In this document: positions 60,985-64,000 of the stretch, one piece after another
Numbering within the stretch: the stretch's first letter is position 1
How the letters are laid out: every line of letters begins with the position of its first letter
Source: Psammoneis japonica
Lineage: Eukaryota
NCBI GenBank assembly: GCA_008632985.1
Contig: QPGO01000085.1
Span: 62,001 to 126,000 of the forward strand
Direction: 5' to 3'
Length of the DNA: 64,000 nucleotides
Notes under the pieces: generated by a model
The model's database searches: none
The model's input: the letters and a program-made list of their open reading frames with translations, nothing else
What the model was told of the DNA's origin: nothing
Translations under genes and position numbers: made by a program

Positions 60985-62295
60985 TCAAACCTCAGAGGTT
61001 TTAGTGGCTGTTGAAGCAAGCTCAAATATCGAGACGGGGTGCGGCACTCCTTTTACGGAATGTTCGCCTCGACAATTCCAGTCTTCCATGCTCCTGTCCA
61101 GCTCTGTGAATTCTTTCGTCGCCAGGACAGATGCGCCAAGTTTGGAGCACAATCCTTCGACACGCGATGCCAAGTTCACGTGAGGACCGATTACAGTGAA
61201 ATCAAGTCTTGATGTTGCTCCCACATTACCATAAGAACAGTCGCCATAGTGTAAACCAACCCCGACTGAAGCTGACTGCAATCCGTCTTCCTCTCGTTTC
61301 CGACTCCATGCCGCAAGTGAATCCTGTAGCTCCGCAGCCGCCTGCTTTGCCTTTGAGCAAATGGTATGACCAGAATCAACCGAATCGCCTTCCTCATTTA
61401 CCATTCTTGCTGCTGATCGAGCAGAGTCCCACATACTCACGTCGTCTGATCTCGAATGCTGGACTGGATCTGCAAAGATGGCCAACACTCCATCTCCCAT
61501 GAATTTTAAAATTTCTCCCCCGTTCCGAGTAATACAATTGTTTGTCAGCTCAAACACATCATTGATTAGAGAAATCACGCTGTCCCGTTCAAGTCTACTC
61601 GACATGGCTGTAAAGCCTCGAATATCCGAGAACCAAATGACACTCTTGACAGTCACTCCATCTCCACGCTCAATCGCCCCCGTATGCACTCTCAAGCCTA
61701 CATCGCGGCCCAAATACAAACAAAGAAGCGTATGCGAGACGATTTTTTGTGAATACAAGTGATGGACCACTTTGAATGCGGGCATGGTTTTATCAAAAAA
61801 CCGAATGTGCTCATCCGAGAAACCATTCGAATCTTTGGTGGACCAGGTTATCCCAAACCGAAACACATTCTTAAAGAAGCCTGGAAGGCCATACAAGTCA
61901 GTAATACCTTTCTCTGTAAATAATTCTCTCAAAGTACCGGGTGGAAAGTACGAATCTGATTTTCGGTGTCGTACAAAAGGCACTCGTTCGTGTTCCATCT
62001 TGACAAGGGGTTCATCAGGGTCAAACGTTTCTTGAAACCGTTTAAATTGTTCCTTTTCAATGCTAATTTCCCTAAATTCGTCTCCTTCTTCTCTACCCTT
62101 TTCGTACATAAAGTTCCAAGCAGTCGCTTGTGGGTGGAGTACGTAGCATCCGATAAAAAGACGATCCACTGGTATCCCATACGACTGAACTCGTGCGACA
62201 TAGTTTCGGACAAAGTCAAGCATGCCGTCGCGCTCAATTGCATCGCTCAAAAGCCAGTCAATCATATCCTGAATTGCGTCTTTCGAAGCAAGCAT
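60985..62295 (-). CDS. Class III adenylate/guanylate cyclase with GAF-like N-terminus, bacterial type
   Basis: IWFSDIRGFT, ILKFMGDGVLAIF, GVGLHYG, GNVG...RLDFTVIGPHVNLASRVE and VKG motifs. Intronless. Confidence 0.9.
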   Translation of the reverse strand: MLASKDAIQDMIDWLLSDAIERDGMLDFVRNYVARVQSYGIPVDRLFIGCYVLHPQATAWNFMYEKGREEGDEFREISIEKEQFKRFQETFDPDEPLVKMEHERVPFVRHRKSDSYFPPGTLRELFTEKGITDLYGLPGFFKNVFRFGITWSTKDSNGFSDEHIRFFDKTMPAFKVVHHLYSQKIVSHTLLCLYLGRDVGLRVHTGAIERGDGVTVKSVIWFSDIRGFTAMSSRLERDSVISLINDVFELTNNCITRNGGEILKFMGDGVLAIFADPVQHSRSDDVSMWDSARSAARMVNEEGDSVDSGHTICSKAKQAAAELQDSLAAWSRKREEDGLQSASVGVGLHYGDCSYGNVGATSRLDFTVIGPHVNLASRVEGLCSKLGASVLATKEFTELDRSMEDWNCRGEHSVKGVPHPVSIFELASTATKTSEV

Positions 62296-62613
62296 TCTGT
62301 TCGACGGGACTGCACTGAAGTTCTTCTTTCACCACGATCAAACAAAATGGCAACTCTCTCTCTCTCTCTAAGGTACAATAGGTAGAGTGAAGTGTCAGGT
62401 GTAAGGTCACTTCTTGTGTCAAAAACTGCATCAAAAAGCGGCCATCAACTTCCCCGCCCTCTGAGACCCGGAATCAGGATTTCGATGGAAGCGCGATTCC
62501 GCGAGTTGCCGCGTGTCAAGTTTTGGCGCGCAGGAAAGATCGCGTTCGAGCTTGTGTTGACACGCAACGGTGACACCTGTTAGTAATTCTATCACACCTT
62601 CAACACTTTCACA

Positions 62614-63228
62614 ATGGCTCGTTCGCTTGTATTCTTCAGCGTTTGCTTCTTTTATCTTGGTTCCGTGAATGCATTCATAGTTCCTTCGACAACCTTCGTT
62701 GCGCCGTCACGGAGCCGTCCAGCGCAGCCGATTGGCCAGCAAAACATGCTGCCGCCATTTTTACTCGCCGACGAGCAGTTTGAGAAAGCGGTGGAAAGCT
62801 TTGAAGCCGCTGGGGCGAGTGGTTCACCAATTCTCGATACGATCAAGTCCATCGGTCTTGCCATTACGGCCATTTTGTTTCTTGGGGTCGGATTGACGTA
62901 CCTCACCGCAAGTGTCTTGATCCCCCAGGCGGCAGAGCAGCTTGAAAAAGAGACAAAGCGACTCCGTCCCGATCTATGGGATGAATACCAAAGGAAACTT
63001 GAGCCAGGGGAGAATATTTCAATGCGTCCTGACCTTTTGAAGGAGTTGGGAGACATTATGCAGCCAATTATCATAGCCGACATGGAAGCTCAAGCAGGAC
63101 AGATTGAGAAAGAAAATGACGACCTATTGATCAAACTTGACTACGATGAAAACGAATTGGGTAATGCGGGTGCAGTTGATGCGGAAATTGTCGACGAGAG
63201 TATCGGCGCACCCAAAAATGACAAATGA
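62614..63228 (+). CDS. Plastid-targeted hypothetical membrane protein
   Basis: Signal peptide with VNA-FIVP (ASAFAP-like) motif, transit peptide and one TM helix. Confidence 0.65.
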   Translation: MARSLVFFSVCFFYLGSVNAFIVPSTTFVAPSRSRPAQPIGQQNMLPPFLLADEQFEKAVESFEAAGASGSPILDTIKSIGLAITAILFLGVGLTYLTASVLIPQAAEQLEKETKRLRPDLWDEYQRKLEPGENISMRPDLLKELGDIMQPIIIADMEAQAGQIEKENDDLLIKLDYDENELGNAGAVDAEIVDESIGAPKNDK

Positions 63229-64000
63229 TGGCGATCTGTCGTCGAGTGTGCAAATAGCACCCGCTAAACAAAATGCCTTCAGAAACGAGGTGGAATACGA
63301 CCAATCATATATAACTACTTCTGGAGGTAACAGTGATGATTCACGAGACAAATAACGACACACGTGTAAGCGAAAGGAAACAAGCAATATTCGTCACGTA
63401 GAGCATCTTTTTTATATTCTTGTCTCCTTGAGTGGGAGGAGGTCGAATGCGAAATTTTCATAGTCCTCCATTACGCCTGTTTGGTTGCTGATTTCGATTC
63501 ATAAGCGTTCCCTATTAGGTGGGACTTGTTGCTATGTCCAGACCATTTAGGTTTGTCGTCGTGCATATCGGCGTATCTCTGAGTCGGGTAAGAAAACACG
63601 AAATTGATTTGAATCGCACCTTTCTCTTGTAATTCAAAGCCGCCTGATTAAGTACAATAGGAAATATTTAGAACTTACCATACCATAAAATAGATGACAC
63701 TGATGACGAAAAGATTTAGGTACAACATCTCCTGGGAAATCAAATAATGGACCATAGGCTAGCCACATGCGACGTCCCTCATCGGCGATTGGCGTTCGAC
63801 AAGTAATGCAAGAAACCTTGACGGGAAGAACTCGATGCTCGCCTGATATCTTTGACTCCCACCCTTGATTGATTTCTCCATTGAAAAAGTACAGATTATC
63901 AGTGCCTGAAACAAAGCGGACCTTTTCTTTGTGGAAAATGCAAACCCATTCATAAGGAGCTCCGTGGAGTTTCTGATAACCACGACAGTGACACAGCTTT

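Overview
Eukaryotic nuclear DNA, almost certainly a diatom: it has a silicon transporter with four GXQ motifs, a DUF6824 protein, bipartite plastid-targeting presequences and short GT-AG introns. About 20 host genes are recognisable, including mitochondrial EF-G, organellar LysRS, SIT, an SP-RING SUMO ligase, Mpv17, DUF3411, MORN, ankyrin, BspA-LRR, DUF285, a class III cyclase and an SMPDL3-like phosphoesterase. Many carry single-base frameshifts that are probably assembly indels. Mobile DNA comprises an intact Crypton-type tyrosine-recombinase ORF, a 1.33-kb non-autonomous PIF/Harbinger-like element (47-bp TIRs, TCA target duplication) and four blocks (about 17 kb) of decayed repeat DNA. The most striking signal is in those four blocks: both CpG and TpA are almost absent and TpG/CpA is in excess. 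An unmutated paralog inside this window shows the direction of change: CG->TG/CA and TA->TG/CA. Surviving TpA sites are mostly YTAR, and I saw no RTAY. This points to a repeat-targeted, context-specific, dual C->T plus A->G hypermutation process unlike fungal RIP. All calls are by-eye motif recognition and no database search was run.
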